From NCBI GenBank assembly GCA_040756875.1, contig JBFLYH010000002.1:1-64000 (forward strand): a stretch of DNA of 64,000 nucleotides, in the 5' to 3' direction. The position numbers and the translations under genes were made by a program. Positions 9,424 through 19,608 of this stretch are shown piece by piece. This DNA comes from a candidate division FCPU426 bacterium. Its GTDB lineage: Bacteria > Oederibacteriota > JAAXVQ01 > JAUVAV01. Under the pieces are notes generated by a model. The model ran no database searches. It was not told the origin of the DNA and saw only the letters and a program-made list of their open reading frames with translations. Within the stretch, counting starts at the first letter, position 1. Each line of letters starts with the position of its first letter.

Positions 9424-10101
9424 TCAGTGGATGACCTGCCAGCGGTTCAGCGGCCAGTACACCGCCCACGCCCGGCCTTCAATGAAAGGTTTCGGGAGGA
9501 AACCCCAATAACGGGAATCCGCTGATTCGTCACGATTGTCACCCAGCATGAAATACTGGCCTTCAGGCACCCGCACCGGCCCGAAATTATCGCGGGAAAA
9601 AGGCCAGGTCTGGACATTCTGATCGCGGTGAATGACATAAGGTTCGTCCACCGGCCGGTCATTGACATACAGCACCTTGTTCCGCATCTCGATCCGGTCG
9701 CCCGGCAAGCCGATGCAGCGCTTTACGTACTTGACCTTCGGATTCCGGGGGTAGCGGAAAACCACGATATCCCCCCGGTGCAATTCCTTGCCTGGCAGGA
9801 GCAGGCGGTGCGTGAACGGCAGGCGCACGCCATAAGTGAATTTATTGACCAGGATCTGGTCTTTGATCAGCAGGGTGGATTCCATGGAACCCGAAGGGAT
9901 AATGAATGTTTGCATCAGGAAGGACCGGATGACAAAGGCCAGCAAAATGGCGATGAAACCCGAATCCACGTACTCCAAAACCTTGTTGGTTTTGGAAACT
10001 TTCAACACCAGGCGCAGGATGATCTCCGCCAGGGCCAAGGCGGCAAAGAGTCCGTAAAAAATCGCGTCCGCATGTTCAGCCAGCCAGAATTGAGGGGTCA
10101 T
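9424..10101 (-). CDS. lepB: signal peptidase I
   Basis: IPSGSMESTL (catalytic Ser), YVKRCIG (Lys), GDNRDESADSRYWG. Confidence 0.95.
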   Translation of the reverse strand: MTPQFWLAEHADAIFYGLFAALALAEIILRLVLKVSKTNKVLEYVDSGFIAILLAFVIRSFLMQTFIIPSGSMESTLLIKDQILVNKFTYGVRLPFTHRLLLPGKELHRGDIVVFRYPRNPKVKYVKRCIGLPGDRIEMRNKVLYVNDRPVDEPYVIHRDQNVQTWPFSRDNFGPVRVPEGQYFMLGDNRDESADSRYWGFLPKPFIEGRAWAVYWPLNRWQVIH

Positions 10102-10171
10102 AGCAGCGAGTCAGTCTCCTCGTTCAATTGGAATTTTCCGGGTTTAAATTCACCAACGCCTCGGCGACCGG

Positions 10172-10322
10172 ATGGAGCCCCCCGGGCAAAGCCCGGGGTA
10201 CCCACTCCACCCCTTGTGACCCACTCCTGGCGACATCCCCGGAGCAACGATTCCGCATTCATCCCCCGAGCGACTGAAAGAAGTCCCTTCAGACAAGCTC
10301 GGGGTGCCCTGCGGAGGGGATT
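10172..10322. repeat. structured palindromic intergenic element (MITE/REP-like or ncRNA) upstream of lepB
   Basis: Hairpins CCCCGGGC-AAA-GCCCGGGG (10180-10198) and CCCCGAGC...GCTCGGGG (10264-10304), with nested CTGAAAG/CCTTCAG and flanking TCCGCA/TGCGGA. Confidence 0.6.
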
Positions 10323-10479
10323 GGCAACAGCACTTTTCGACATTATTATTTGTGTTGGACCCCGGCCATCCGGTTTTACCCTGCCATCAACAACGATTTC
10401 CGGCCGGCTGTCCCGGACCTTCCGGGCTCCGGGCTGAATGCCGCCGAAGCATTTTCATACGTTCATAGCCTGAAAGGGT

Positions 10480-11859
10480 TTAAAAAGCAAGGCTTTTATC
10501 CGGAAGTCCCCGGATTTTCTCCAGCCACTCCCGGAACAGGGGAATGTCCCGGCACCCTGCCGCGGGAATCGGCAAAGGCGCAACTTCGTCTGTTTGTCCC
10601 AAGGCTTGCAGCAGGATCTTCCAGGCGGAAAAAGCCCACACTTTCCCCTGGGAACGCGCCGCTTCATTGATATAACGGACGATCCGCAGGCTGTCGAACC
10701 AGTGTTGCACCGCCAGGGCGAACTGCGGCTCGCCGGGATAAAGGCGCCGGAATTTGTCAAAAACCTGCCAGGCGCCCTCCTGGTCCAGAAACCCGCGCAA
10801 GCGCGCGGAGAGGCTGTTCCAGATTTCAGGCCGCGCGAACGCCAGGCGGGCTTGGTTGAGCAACTCCCCCACTTCCAAAAAAGCCTCCGGGGGCTCGACT
10901 TGAAAATAGAGCCCTTCGCCTTCGGCCAGGCTGCGCTGCATGGCGCGGCCTGTGCCAAAAGGCACGCGTTCCGACACCCGGGCAGCAGGATGGACCTTGG
11001 CCCCGGGGATTCCGGGCAAGGGACGCAAACCGTTCAGTTTGGCCAGCTTCCTTAAGAAATGAAAGTCCTCAGCCGCTTTCCGCGGCTCCAGCCCGCTGAC
11101 CCGGGCATAGGCTTCGGCTGCAACGACCGTGCAGGAGCCAATGGCCGGAAAAGCGAACACCGAGCCCGCAGCCTTGAAGCCAGCCACCACATAGCGCAGC
11201 CACAATTCATAGGCGATCATGGGCACTTGCAGTTGCTCCTCTTGCGGCCAGGGATGCGAATAGGCGCACAGGGCGGCAGGCGGTTGGTCTTCCCGGCCGA
11301 AGCAATCCAGGATCGCATCCAGATATCCCGGGTCCACGGGCGAGTCAGCGTCCAGGCAAGCCAACGCGCCGTGGTCGACGCCGCCGGCCTGCAACAAGCG
11401 GCTCAGGCCCAGATCCATTCCCAAACGCCGGGCCAAACCCACGCCGGCCTGTCCTGTTGGCAGCGCGCGTCCGGCTGAAAAGCGGTCAACGAAATGAACC
11501 GGCAGAGGCGAAGCGGCATAGCTGGAACGCAGGTCAAACGTCGCCTGGTTGTCGTGCCCAACCGCGTCGGAAGCGTCTTCCGCCTGGTTGACAAGCACCA
11601 CGACTTCACATTCGCGCAAGCGCCGGCTGTGGATCAGGGAATCCAGCACCTTGGGAAGGACCCGGCTTTCAGCCAGGCTGGGAATGACCACGCACAATTT
11701 TAACCCCGGCTCAGGCGCAGGCAGGTGATCTTCCAGGACGGAAACCCAGGGATGGAACCGAAGGTAACGGCTGAAATCGACTGCGGCGCGCATCAGGAAA
11801 GCATCCAGGTGTTCATCGGTCGCCGGGCCTGCCTTGCAGGGTTTGCATCCATTCGCCAA
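10480..11859 (-). CDS. GT2-like (GT-A fold) glycosyltransferase; true start probably somewhat downstream
   Basis: VVIPSLAE, GVGLARRLGMD, LDADS (DxD), AEDFHFL, RVSERVPFGTG. Confidence 0.8.
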   Translation of the reverse strand: MANGCKPCKAGPATDEHLDAFLMRAAVDFSRYLRFHPWVSVLEDHLPAPEPGLKLCVVIPSLAESRVLPKVLDSLIHSRRLRECEVVVLVNQAEDASDAVGHDNQATFDLRSSYAASPLPVHFVDRFSAGRALPTGQAGVGLARRLGMDLGLSRLLQAGGVDHGALACLDADSPVDPGYLDAILDCFGREDQPPAALCAYSHPWPQEEQLQVPMIAYELWLRYVVAGFKAAGSVFAFPAIGSCTVVAAEAYARVSGLEPRKAAEDFHFLRKLAKLNGLRPLPGIPGAKVHPAARVSERVPFGTGRAMQRSLAEGEGLYFQVEPPEAFLEVGELLNQARLAFARPEIWNSLSARLRGFLDQEGAWQVFDKFRRLYPGEPQFALAVQHWFDSLRIVRYINEAARSQGKVWAFSAWKILLQALGQTDEVAPLPIPAAGCRDIPLFREWLEKIRGLPDKSLAF

Positions 11860-13144
11860 GCAGCGTTTCCTGGTTTTGGCCCAGAACGCGCTGGAAATCC
11901 GCGTCCCGGGCGGCGGTCCCGGTCAATTCCATGAACCGCGACTTGCCAAACCGGCGGATGAGATACCGGCTCCAGGAATGCGCCAACTGATACGCCAGCA
12001 CCCGCTGGTCCGTGTCGCGGGAGTCGATCCACTTTTGCCACTCCCGCCCGTCGAGCTGCAGCGGCCTGAGGCTGAGGCTGGCGCGGAGATCGTCATCTAC
12101 GTCGTCCAGCAATCCGCAGCGGTACAGCAAGTTCTGTTCGGCGCTCAGGTATTCCGCCAAGCCTTCGCCCAGCAGGCCTCCGCCCGTAAGCTCCAGACGG
12201 CTGATCAGCGATTTGAGTTTTTGAATAATGCCCGGTTCGTCGGCCGGATACGCCTGCAGCTGCTCGGGCGTCAAGCGGGCCAGAATGTAAATGACATGCG
12301 TCATTTCGTGAGTGAGCGTGGCCAGCGAAAGCGCGCCGGCGTACCTGAAGCTCATTTGCGCGTACAAACGGAATGTGCGGGTGCTTTCATCCATCCGGTA
12401 ACCGATGCTCGTCTGCGCGATGGCCGGAGAATCGCCGAAATACTCCTTGATGCGCGGAAAATCATCCAGCAAAAACACCAGGACTTTCTCCCGGAAAAGG
12501 CGTTCCCGGGCGGCTTCATACTTTTCGCGCAGATGCGGACTTTCGGCCAAATACTGGCGCAAGCCGTCGGCGTAGCGCAGAAGCTGGCGTTCGATGTACG
12601 GATATGCTCCGGAGACAACCGAGGTTTCGTCAAAAAACACCTCATAGTCCCCTGCCGCGTGCGGCAGCAAGGGACCGGCGGTTCGCGTGCGGTCCCGGGT
12701 AAGCGCGTGAATCGCTTCCGCGCCCAATTGATAGAGGCTTTTACGATAGACCTCCACGGCGGCCCGACCGGGCGTGCGGCCGCTTTCGACCTGAGCGAGC
12801 CACGCTGCCAGGCTTTTGGCTCCGTAACGCGCCTCCAGGTAGTAAACCATTTCATAGACGCTTTTTTCCACCAAGGCTCGTTCGGGATCGTTTTCACACA
12901 CAAGGCGGGCGGCGGCCAGCAGCCTTGCAACCGCCGACCGCGCGGCGGCATTGTCCTCGCGGAGGGCCAGCCGCGGCGCACAGCCTGTCAACAGTAACGC
13001 ACCCGCCAGGCAGGCTGCGACCGCAAAAGATCCGGCGCGAGCAGGGGATTTTTCAGGCACGAAGGCACTCTCCGGAACAGAACGCTCACTCCGCCGGCGC
13101 CCAGCCGGCACACGAGAATAGCACCAAGCCCGGGATGGTGCCAA
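11813..13144 (-). CDS. putative lipoprotein zinc metallopeptidase (gluzincin / peptidase MA-like); start uncertain
   Basis: LLLTGC lipobox, HEMTH followed by EGLAEY. Confidence 0.7.
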   Translation of the reverse strand: MAPSRAWCYSRVPAGRRRSERSVPESAFVPEKSPARAGSFAVAACLAGALLLTGCAPRLALREDNAAARSAVARLLAAARLVCENDPERALVEKSVYEMVYYLEARYGAKSLAAWLAQVESGRTPGRAAVEVYRKSLYQLGAEAIHALTRDRTRTAGPLLPHAAGDYEVFFDETSVVSGAYPYIERQLLRYADGLRQYLAESPHLREKYEAARERLFREKVLVFLLDDFPRIKEYFGDSPAIAQTSIGYRMDESTRTFRLYAQMSFRYAGALSLATLTHEMTHVIYILARLTPEQLQAYPADEPGIIQKLKSLISRLELTGGGLLGEGLAEYLSAEQNLLYRCGLLDDVDDDLRASLSLRPLQLDGREWQKWIDSRDTDQRVLAYQLAHSWSRYLIRRFGKSRFMELTGTAARDADFQRVLGQNQETLLGEWMQTLQGRPGDR

Positions 13145-13298
13145 GCGCTATTCGGCTGATTCCGGATGCGCCGGTGACGTTGGCGCCGCCGGCTGGTGTT
13201 ATATCCTTCATGGAAGACCGGCGGCCAAAAACAGAACCTTCCCGAAAAGCGCTTTCCGGCCGCTCCCAGGGATTCGTACTAAAACCGCTCAACAGTGC

Positions 13299-13326
13299 TT
13301 GACACGGGCCCGATCAGTGGTATAAT
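13299..13326 (+). promoter_or_regulatory. consensus sigma70 promoter of the efflux operon
   Basis: TTGACA-16 bp-TATAAT with an extended -10 TG. Confidence 0.8.
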
Positions 13327-13327
13327 T

Positions 13328-13345
13328 AGACTGACTAGTCGGTTT
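13328..13345. promoter_or_regulatory. putative TetR operator
   Basis: Near-palindrome AGACTGACTAGTCGGTTT (core GACTAGTC) immediately after the -10 box; the operon encodes a TetR. Confidence 0.65.
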
Positions 13346-13365
13346 GTTTACTCAGGAGGTGTGCC

Positions 13366-14859
13366 ATGCTGCACAAATGCATTCTCTGCCTGGGCCTGCT
13401 GGGAGCCGGATGGTTCTGCCCCCCTCTGCAGGCGGAAACCCTGAACCTCGACGCCTATGTCCAGCGGGTGGAGCAAAACAACCCGGCCCTGGCTGCCACC
13501 GGCCGGGCTTGCGCAGCCATGGCCGGAAAAATCAAGGAAGCCCATGCCGTTTATTCCCCCCTGCTGAATGCCGCCTATCGCCTGGACCTGGACCGCAGCG
13601 GCCTCAATCTTGAGTCCCCCATCCAGGCCAACGAGATCCAAAGCCACGCCTGGAACATCAGTCTCTCTGAGCGCTTCGCCACGGGCACGCTCATCAGCGC
13701 CGGTTACGCCGACACCTCCCTGACCCTGGACCTGCCCGCCCCCTACCCGATCGACGCAACGACGCTCCTGAGCCGTTTCACGGCCTATGACCTCAAACCC
13801 TACATCCGCCTGGAACAATCGCTGCTCCAGGAGCTGGTTGGCGGCATGACCGAGGCCGGCATCCGCAAAAGCGAGCTGGCGGCTGAATCAGGACAGTACC
13901 AGCAGCTTCTGAACCGGCAGCGCATCCTGCTCGACGCCCGCGCCGCCTACCTGCGCCTTTCCCTGTGCCGTGACATCGTCAATTTCCGCCAGGAGGCCCT
14001 GGTCCGGGCCGAGGACATCCTGAAATGGAACGAAAAAAAGCTGCAGTTGGATCTGGTCGATCCGGGCGACCTCCTGCAGGCCCGGGCCCAGCACCGTCAG
14101 AGCGCGTTGGAGCTGCTGAATGCGCTGGATGACGAGAAAAGCGCCTGCCGCGACTTCAACCGTTTTTGCAACCTCGACTCCGAAACCGTGGCCGAGGAGG
14201 TGCAAAGCCTGCCCGAGCTGCTTTCCCGCGACCTGAACCTGGAAAGCCTGTCACGCACCGGTCACCGGGCGGACGTGCTTTCTGCCCGGGCGGTGCTGGC
14301 CGGCAGCGAAGCGGCTGTGCGTGAATCCCGCTGGCGCCTGAGCCCCGAGCTGACCGCTTTTGGCCTGGCCTCCTGGCACGGCCTGCACACGGACCGCGCC
14401 GAGGCCTTCAACCAAGTGATCGGCGCTGAAAAACCGGCCTATGCCGTGGGCGCGGAACTGACCTTGCCTTTGGATTTCAGCCTCCAGGCCGCCACGGTCC
14501 GCGGATACGAGCAGGAACAGGAAGCTTCCGCCGCGCAACTGCGCGATGCCGAAATCGCGGCCGAAACCGACTGGAACAAATTATGCGAGCAATGGGTCCA
14601 TGCCAAAGCCAAACTGGAGGCGGCCCGCGAGGTGCGCGACCTCCAAGCCCGCCGGGTTGAGCTGGAGCGTTCCAAAATCCGGCGTGGAAAAACCACGACC
14701 TGGCAGGTGGTCATGGCTGAAAACGACCTGGACCTGGCGACCATGAGCCTGCACCACGTCATGTTCGAGGCTCTGATGACCCTGTTTCAATCCGACCTTT
14801 ACAACACCCAGCCGCTGCCGCTGGACAGCCGCAGCGCCAACCCGGAGGTGCAGCCATGA
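13366..14859 (+). CDS. TolC-family outer membrane efflux protein
   Basis: Signal peptide, QNNPAL start, two OEP-like helical repeats; AGGAGG RBS; ATGA overlap with the RND gene. Confidence 0.85.
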   Translation: MLHKCILCLGLLGAGWFCPPLQAETLNLDAYVQRVEQNNPALAATGRACAAMAGKIKEAHAVYSPLLNAAYRLDLDRSGLNLESPIQANEIQSHAWNISLSERFATGTLISAGYADTSLTLDLPAPYPIDATTLLSRFTAYDLKPYIRLEQSLLQELVGGMTEAGIRKSELAAESGQYQQLLNRQRILLDARAAYLRLSLCRDIVNFRQEALVRAEDILKWNEKKLQLDLVDPGDLLQARAQHRQSALELLNALDDEKSACRDFNRFCNLDSETVAEEVQSLPELLSRDLNLESLSRTGHRADVLSARAVLAGSEAAVRESRWRLSPELTAFGLASWHGLHTDRAEAFNQVIGAEKPAYAVGAELTLPLDFSLQAATVRGYEQEQEASAAQLRDAEIAAETDWNKLCEQWVHAKAKLEAAREVRDLQARRVELERSKIRRGKTTTWQVVMAENDLDLATMSLHHVMFEALMTLFQSDLYNTQPLPLDSRSANPEVQP

Positions 14860-17800
14860 ACCTGGCCGCCTTGTCCATCCGCCGCCCGTCCTTCATTATG
14901 TCCATCGTGGTTTTGACCCTGGTGGCCGGACTGCTTGCCATGAACCGCACCAGCGTGGAGTTTTCGCCGGATGTCTCCATGCCCGTCATCATGGTCAGCA
15001 CGATTTATCCAGGCGCCGGGCCTTCTGAAGTTGAATCCCAAGTCTCGAAACTGCTGGAGGAGCACATCAGCTCCATCGCCGGCCTTAAGAACGCCTACTC
15101 CATCAGCCAGGAGGGCGTTTCCATCGTCACGGCCGAATTTTCCCTGGATACAGACCCCAAACACGCCGAGCAGCAGGTACGGGATGTCCTCTCCGAAATC
15201 CGCAACCAGCTTCCGGCCGAGGTGCAGGAACCGGTCATTAAAAAGATGGATTTCGCCGACTATCCGATTTTCGCTTTAAACCTCACCGCGGACTTGCCGC
15301 CCATGCAGCTGTATGACCTGGCCGAAAACGAAATCAAGAACCGGCTTGAACAGGTGCCGAACGTGGGCAAAGTCGAGATCATCGGGGGGACCAAGCGTGA
15401 AATCCAAGTCCGTCTGGACCGCCGGCAATTGCGGGAATTCAACACCAGCGTTTCGGCGGTGGCAGCCAAATTGGCGGCCAACAGCCAGAACGTCCCCATC
15501 GGCAAAATCGAGCGCGGCGGCCGGGACAAATCCTTCCGGGCCATAGGCGAATTCCAGTCCCTGGAAAGCATCGGCAAGGTCGTGGTCAATTTCCTGGGCA
15601 GCGACGTGCCGGTCACGGTCCGCCAGTTGGGCGCCATTGTCGACGGCCCGGCTGAAACCAAAACCATCGGCACTTTGAACGGCAAGCCGGCCATGTTGAT
15701 CAATGTCTACAAACAATCACGGGCCAACGACGTGCAAGTCGCCGACCGCCTCCGCAAGCAAATCGACGCTCTGAACGCGCAGTTGAAAAATGCGCCGGGA
15801 ACCCCCCGGCTGAAGCTGATAATGGACATGTCCAAATTCGTGCGCTTGAACCTGATCGACATGGAAGACGCCATTGGCCTGGGCATATTACTGGCCATTA
15901 TCGTGGTTTACTTTTTCCTGGGCAATTGGAGCTCGACCTTCATCACCATCACCGCCCTGCCCAACAGCATGATCGGGGCCTTCATCTTCATGCGCCTGAC
16001 CGGCATTTCGGCCAACTTTTATGCCCTGATGGCCCTGACCCTGGCCGTGGGATTGCTCTTGGACGACGCGATCGTGGTGCGCGAGAACATCTACCGCCAT
16101 CTGGAGAGCGGCGAAAAACCCGAAACCGCGGCTCTGCGCGGAACCAACGAAGTGACGCTGGCCGTGATCGCCACCACGCTCACCATCATGGCCGTGCTGC
16201 TGCCGGGGGTTTTCCTGCCGGGCATTACGGGCATTTTCTTCAAAAACTTCGGGCTTCCGATCATCTTCGCCATGGGCATTTCCCTGTTCGATGCGCTCGC
16301 GGTGGCGCCTCTGCTTTCGGCCTACCTCCTGGCCAAAACCCGCAGCCAGCGCAAGCCCTCCGCTCTGCGCCAAACCCTCTCCCGCCTGTTCACCGCGCCG
16401 GTCAGGGGCTTCGGCCGTTTTCAGGACTGGCTGGAACGCGCTTATGGCTCGCTCATCAGCCTCACGATCAAGCACAAGCTGCTGGTTCTTTTCATCACTT
16501 TACTGGTGTTCCTCGGCAGCTTGGCGTCGGTATCCCGCATTCCCCAAACCATGGAACCCGAAATGGAATACGGCGAATTTATCGTCAGCCTGGAGGCGAA
16601 ACCAGGGACTTCGCTCACGCGGATGCAGGAAAACGCGGACAAAATCGATTTCCTGTTGCGTCAACAGAAAGAGATTGCAGAGGTTTCCGCCACAGTCGGC
16701 AATGCCAACGGCGAAAGCAACGTCGCCAACCTGTATGTCAAAATGGTTCCCTTGCGCCAGCGGACCGTGACCACTTCGACGATGAAAGAGCGGGTCAGAG
16801 ACCTTCTGGCCCCGTTCAAAGCCGAACTCAACCCCGCCGTGAACAACATCGACGCCGCGAACGAAGGCAAACCTTTTAACCTGCTGCTGCGCGGCGAAAA
16901 CCAGGACGACTTGGTCCGGGCGGCGATCACCGTGATGGATGAATTCAAGCGCATTCCGGGATTGGTCGATCTGGATTGCAATTATAAGACCGGCGAACCC
17001 GAATTTCAGATCCGCATGGATCCCGCGCGCATGGCAGCGGTGGGCGTGGATTCCATCCATGCCGGCATGGAGTTGCGTGCCATGGTGGAAGGCACGGTCC
17101 CGGCCACATTCCGCGAAAACGGGCAGGAGTACGATATCCGGGTGTGCCTGGCCGACGGGCAGAAAGACCTGGCACGGGATTTTTCGTCGGTGTATGTCCC
17201 CAATATGAACATGCAGCTGGTCAAACTCAAGCATTTCGCCGAGCCCGCCGTCGCGCAAGGGCCCTCCAAGATCTACCGTAAAAACCGCTCCCGCTGCATT
17301 GAAATCACGGCCAACCTCGGCAAAAACGCAGCCCTGGGCGGCATCACCAAAATCGCCCGTCAGATGTTGGACCAAGCCGGATTGCCCCGGGGCGTCAAAT
17401 ATGAGTTCAGCGGAAAATCCGAAATGCTTGATGAAATCAATTCCGGCATCACGGCGGCAGTCGTGTTGTCCATAGTGTTCATTTACCTCGTATTGGTCAG
17501 CCTTTACGAATCCCTGCTCGTACCCTTTACCATCATGATCGCCCTGCCGCTGTCCGTGATCGGCGGCCTGCTGGCCCTGCTGGTCACTGGTCTGTCGCTG
17601 GATGTCATGAGCATGATCGGATTCATCATGCTGCTGGGCCTGGCCACAAAAAACTCGATCCTCATGGTCGATTTCATCCAGCAATTGATGCGTTCCGGAT
17701 TGAGCCGCGACCAAGCCATCGTGAAAGCCGGCATGACCAGGCTGCGCCCCATTCTGATGACGACCTTCGCACTGATCGCGGGCATGATTCCCCTGGCCGT

Positions 17801-18011
17801 GGGGCTGAGCGAAATCAGCAGCTTCCGCCGTAGCATGGCCATTGCCGTGATCGGCGGGCTGATCAGCTCCACGTTCCTGACCCTGCTGGTAATCCCCGCC
17901 ATCTTCGGCTATCTGGACCGTTTACGGATTTGGACCCGGAAGCTTTTCGGCCGGCCGGAATTGAGAAAAATTGATGTTAAGGAAGGAGGCAAAGCAGCCA
18001 AAATAAGTTAA
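14856..18011 (+). CDS. RND efflux transporter (AcrB/AcrD/AcrF family)
   Basis: 1051 aa; YPGAGPSEVE, GLLLDDAIVVRENI, KNSIL, RLRPILMTT. Confidence 0.95.
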   Translation: MNLAALSIRRPSFIMSIVVLTLVAGLLAMNRTSVEFSPDVSMPVIMVSTIYPGAGPSEVESQVSKLLEEHISSIAGLKNAYSISQEGVSIVTAEFSLDTDPKHAEQQVRDVLSEIRNQLPAEVQEPVIKKMDFADYPIFALNLTADLPPMQLYDLAENEIKNRLEQVPNVGKVEIIGGTKREIQVRLDRRQLREFNTSVSAVAAKLAANSQNVPIGKIERGGRDKSFRAIGEFQSLESIGKVVVNFLGSDVPVTVRQLGAIVDGPAETKTIGTLNGKPAMLINVYKQSRANDVQVADRLRKQIDALNAQLKNAPGTPRLKLIMDMSKFVRLNLIDMEDAIGLGILLAIIVVYFFLGNWSSTFITITALPNSMIGAFIFMRLTGISANFYALMALTLAVGLLLDDAIVVRENIYRHLESGEKPETAALRGTNEVTLAVIATTLTIMAVLLPGVFLPGITGIFFKNFGLPIIFAMGISLFDALAVAPLLSAYLLAKTRSQRKPSALRQTLSRLFTAPVRGFGRFQDWLERAYGSLISLTIKHKLLVLFITLLVFLGSLASVSRIPQTMEPEMEYGEFIVSLEAKPGTSLTRMQENADKIDFLLRQQKEIAEVSATVGNANGESNVANLYVKMVPLRQRTVTTSTMKERVRDLLAPFKAELNPAVNNIDAANEGKPFNLLLRGENQDDLVRAAITVMDEFKRIPGLVDLDCNYKTGEPEFQIRMDPARMAAVGVDSIHAGMELRAMVEGTVPATFRENGQEYDIRVCLADGQKDLARDFSSVYVPNMNMQLVKLKHFAEPAVAQGPSKIYRKNRSRCIEITANLGKNAALGGITKIARQMLDQAGLPRGVKYEFSGKSEMLDEINSGITAAVVLSIVFIYLVLVSLYESLLVPFTIMIALPLSVIGGLLALLVTGLSLDVMSMIGFIMLLGLATKNSILMVDFIQQLMRSGLSRDQAIVKAGMTRLRPILMTTFALIAGMIPLAVGLSEISSFRRSMAIAVIGGLISSTFLTLLVIPAIFGYLDRLRIWTRKLFGRPELRKIDVKEGGKAAKIS

Positions 18012-18046
18012 AATGGAGGCATACTCACCAGACCGGGAAGGAGCTC

Positions 18047-18661
18047 ATGACTGCCAAAGGACTGCACCGTCCCAAAGAACCCGAAACCAGCAAGCGGGAA
18101 TTCCTGCAGGCGGCTTTGGAGCTTTTCTCCCAAAAAGGCTATTACCGGACTTCGGTGGACGACATCATCCGCAGAGCCGGCCGCTCCAAGGGCGGTTTTT
18201 ACCACCACTTTAAAAGCAAGAACTCCTTGCTGCATTCCATGTTCCACCAAATGATGCGCGAATTCGGAACCATCCTCCTGGACGAGATAAAAAGCGGCAA
18301 ATCCCTCGAAGCGGCCTTTAAAAATTACATCAACAGCCCGCCCATTCAGACCGTGCTCAATTCCTCCTATCTCAAGGCCATTGCCGAGCTTTATGCGCTG
18401 GCGCTCACCGACCGCAAGATGCGGGAGTTGCTGGTGCATTTCCACCAGGACACGTCCAAATTGTTTGAACAGGTGCTGGAAATCGCCCGCAGCCGGGGCG
18501 AGATCTCCTACGCCGCGCCGACCCGCACGCTCGCGGATTCGATCTACCACAGCATGCGCGGCTCCATGCTCATCAACATCATCTTGCACGAAGGCCGCGG
18601 TTTGCTCGAAGAGTTCGATTTCCTGCTGCAGCGGACCCTGCGGGAGCTAAGGGCGAAGTAA
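18047..18661 (+). CDS. TetR/AcrR family transcriptional regulator
   Basis: AALELFSQKGY..TSVDDI...AGRSKGGFYHHFKSK HTH. Confidence 0.95.
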   Translation: MTAKGLHRPKEPETSKREFLQAALELFSQKGYYRTSVDDIIRRAGRSKGGFYHHFKSKNSLLHSMFHQMMREFGTILLDEIKSGKSLEAAFKNYINSPPIQTVLNSSYLKAIAELYALALTDRKMRELLVHFHQDTSKLFEQVLEIARSRGEISYAAPTRTLADSIYHSMRGSMLINIILHEGRGLLEEFDFLLQRTLRELRAK

Positions 18662-18777
18662 AACCCTTTCAGGCCTGCCAGCGAAAATCCCGCCAGCCAT
18701 AAAAAGAACAAAACCCACACCTTAGAATGGGGGGCAGCGGCACGAATTGAGCTTTAGGATGGGATTATTGTTGGTCT

Positions 18778-18803
18778 TCATCCCGGCGAAAGCCGGGATT
18801 CAG
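18778..18803. repeat. REP-like palindrome; its inverted partner is at 19609-19633
   Basis: TCATCCCGGCGAAAGCCGGGATTCAG hairpin. Confidence 0.6.
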
Positions 18804-19360
18804 GAAGTTTCAGAGAAGTAAAGCTCATCGACAATTTCGCAGAGACTTTCTTTACCGATACTCGCAACAAAACCATTGTATTTGTCCTCAATAAATCTCA
18901 AAGCTTCAGGCAAATGAACATCATTATCTTCTGTTATTCTGCCCGACCGAGATCTATTTGGATTGATATTCTTCGCATCTTTTGTAGAAAATCTATGCAA
19001 CAGTGAATTTCTTAATTTATAGGTCTCATTAATTTCGGTATTTTCACTACTAAACCCCAAACCTTTTAATCCGTTCTGAAATATCAACCCAGGATAGATC
19101 TTACATACCTCCTTAAAAGAGGAAGAATTTATTATTTCCTTTTTAAAATTATTAAACCTTTCATCCGTTTCGCCGTATTTTTCAAATGTATAATTTCCTC
19201 TATTCTGATGAACGAAAACTTGCGATAGTATATCCAGAGCAATAACAACACCTGCAAAACAGAGCATATAGCATTTCTGTTCATGTGCATCCGAGAGTCT
19301 TTTTGCAATTTTAATTTGTTCTATTAGGTGTTCGATTGATTGTGAACCGGAATGATCCAT
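18800..19360 (-). CDS. AT-rich hypothetical protein with an RxxxxH (HEPN-like) motif
   Basis: Visibly lower GC than the flanks; GGAGG RBS; YKLRNSLLHRF motif. Confidence 0.6.
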   Translation of the reverse strand: MDHSGSQSIEHLIEQIKIAKRLSDAHEQKCYMLCFAGVVIALDILSQVFVHQNRGNYTFEKYGETDERFNNFKKEIINSSSFKEVCKIYPGLIFQNGLKGLGFSSENTEINETYKLRNSLLHRFSTKDAKNINPNRSRSGRITEDNDVHLPEALRFIEDKYNGFVASIGKESLCEIVDELYFSETS

Positions 19361-19443
19361 TTTTCCTCCTTTTTAAATCCTTGGTCCCCCTCAAGCTAAA
19401 GCCCGGGGCACCAAAACCATGCCGGGCGAAGCCTCATCAGGTA

Positions 19444-19545
19444 GTCATTGCGAGGAACCCCGCGTTTCTCGCGGGGAGACGCAGCAATCTGTATTTTATA
19501 AGAAAAACCGAGATTGCTTCGCTCCCTGCGGTCGCTCGCAATGAC
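19444..19545. repeat. composite REP/RPE-like palindromic element
   Basis: Terminal inverted repeat GTCATTGCGAG...CTCGCAATGAC, inner AGCAATCT/AGATTGCT, and an internal CCCCGCG-TTTCT-CGCGGGG hairpin. Confidence 0.8.
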
Positions 19546-19608
19546 CAACCTAATAAATCCTCTTACATTCACGCCTAGGCAAGCCCGGAGGGCCCTAGAC
19601 TCTGGCTG

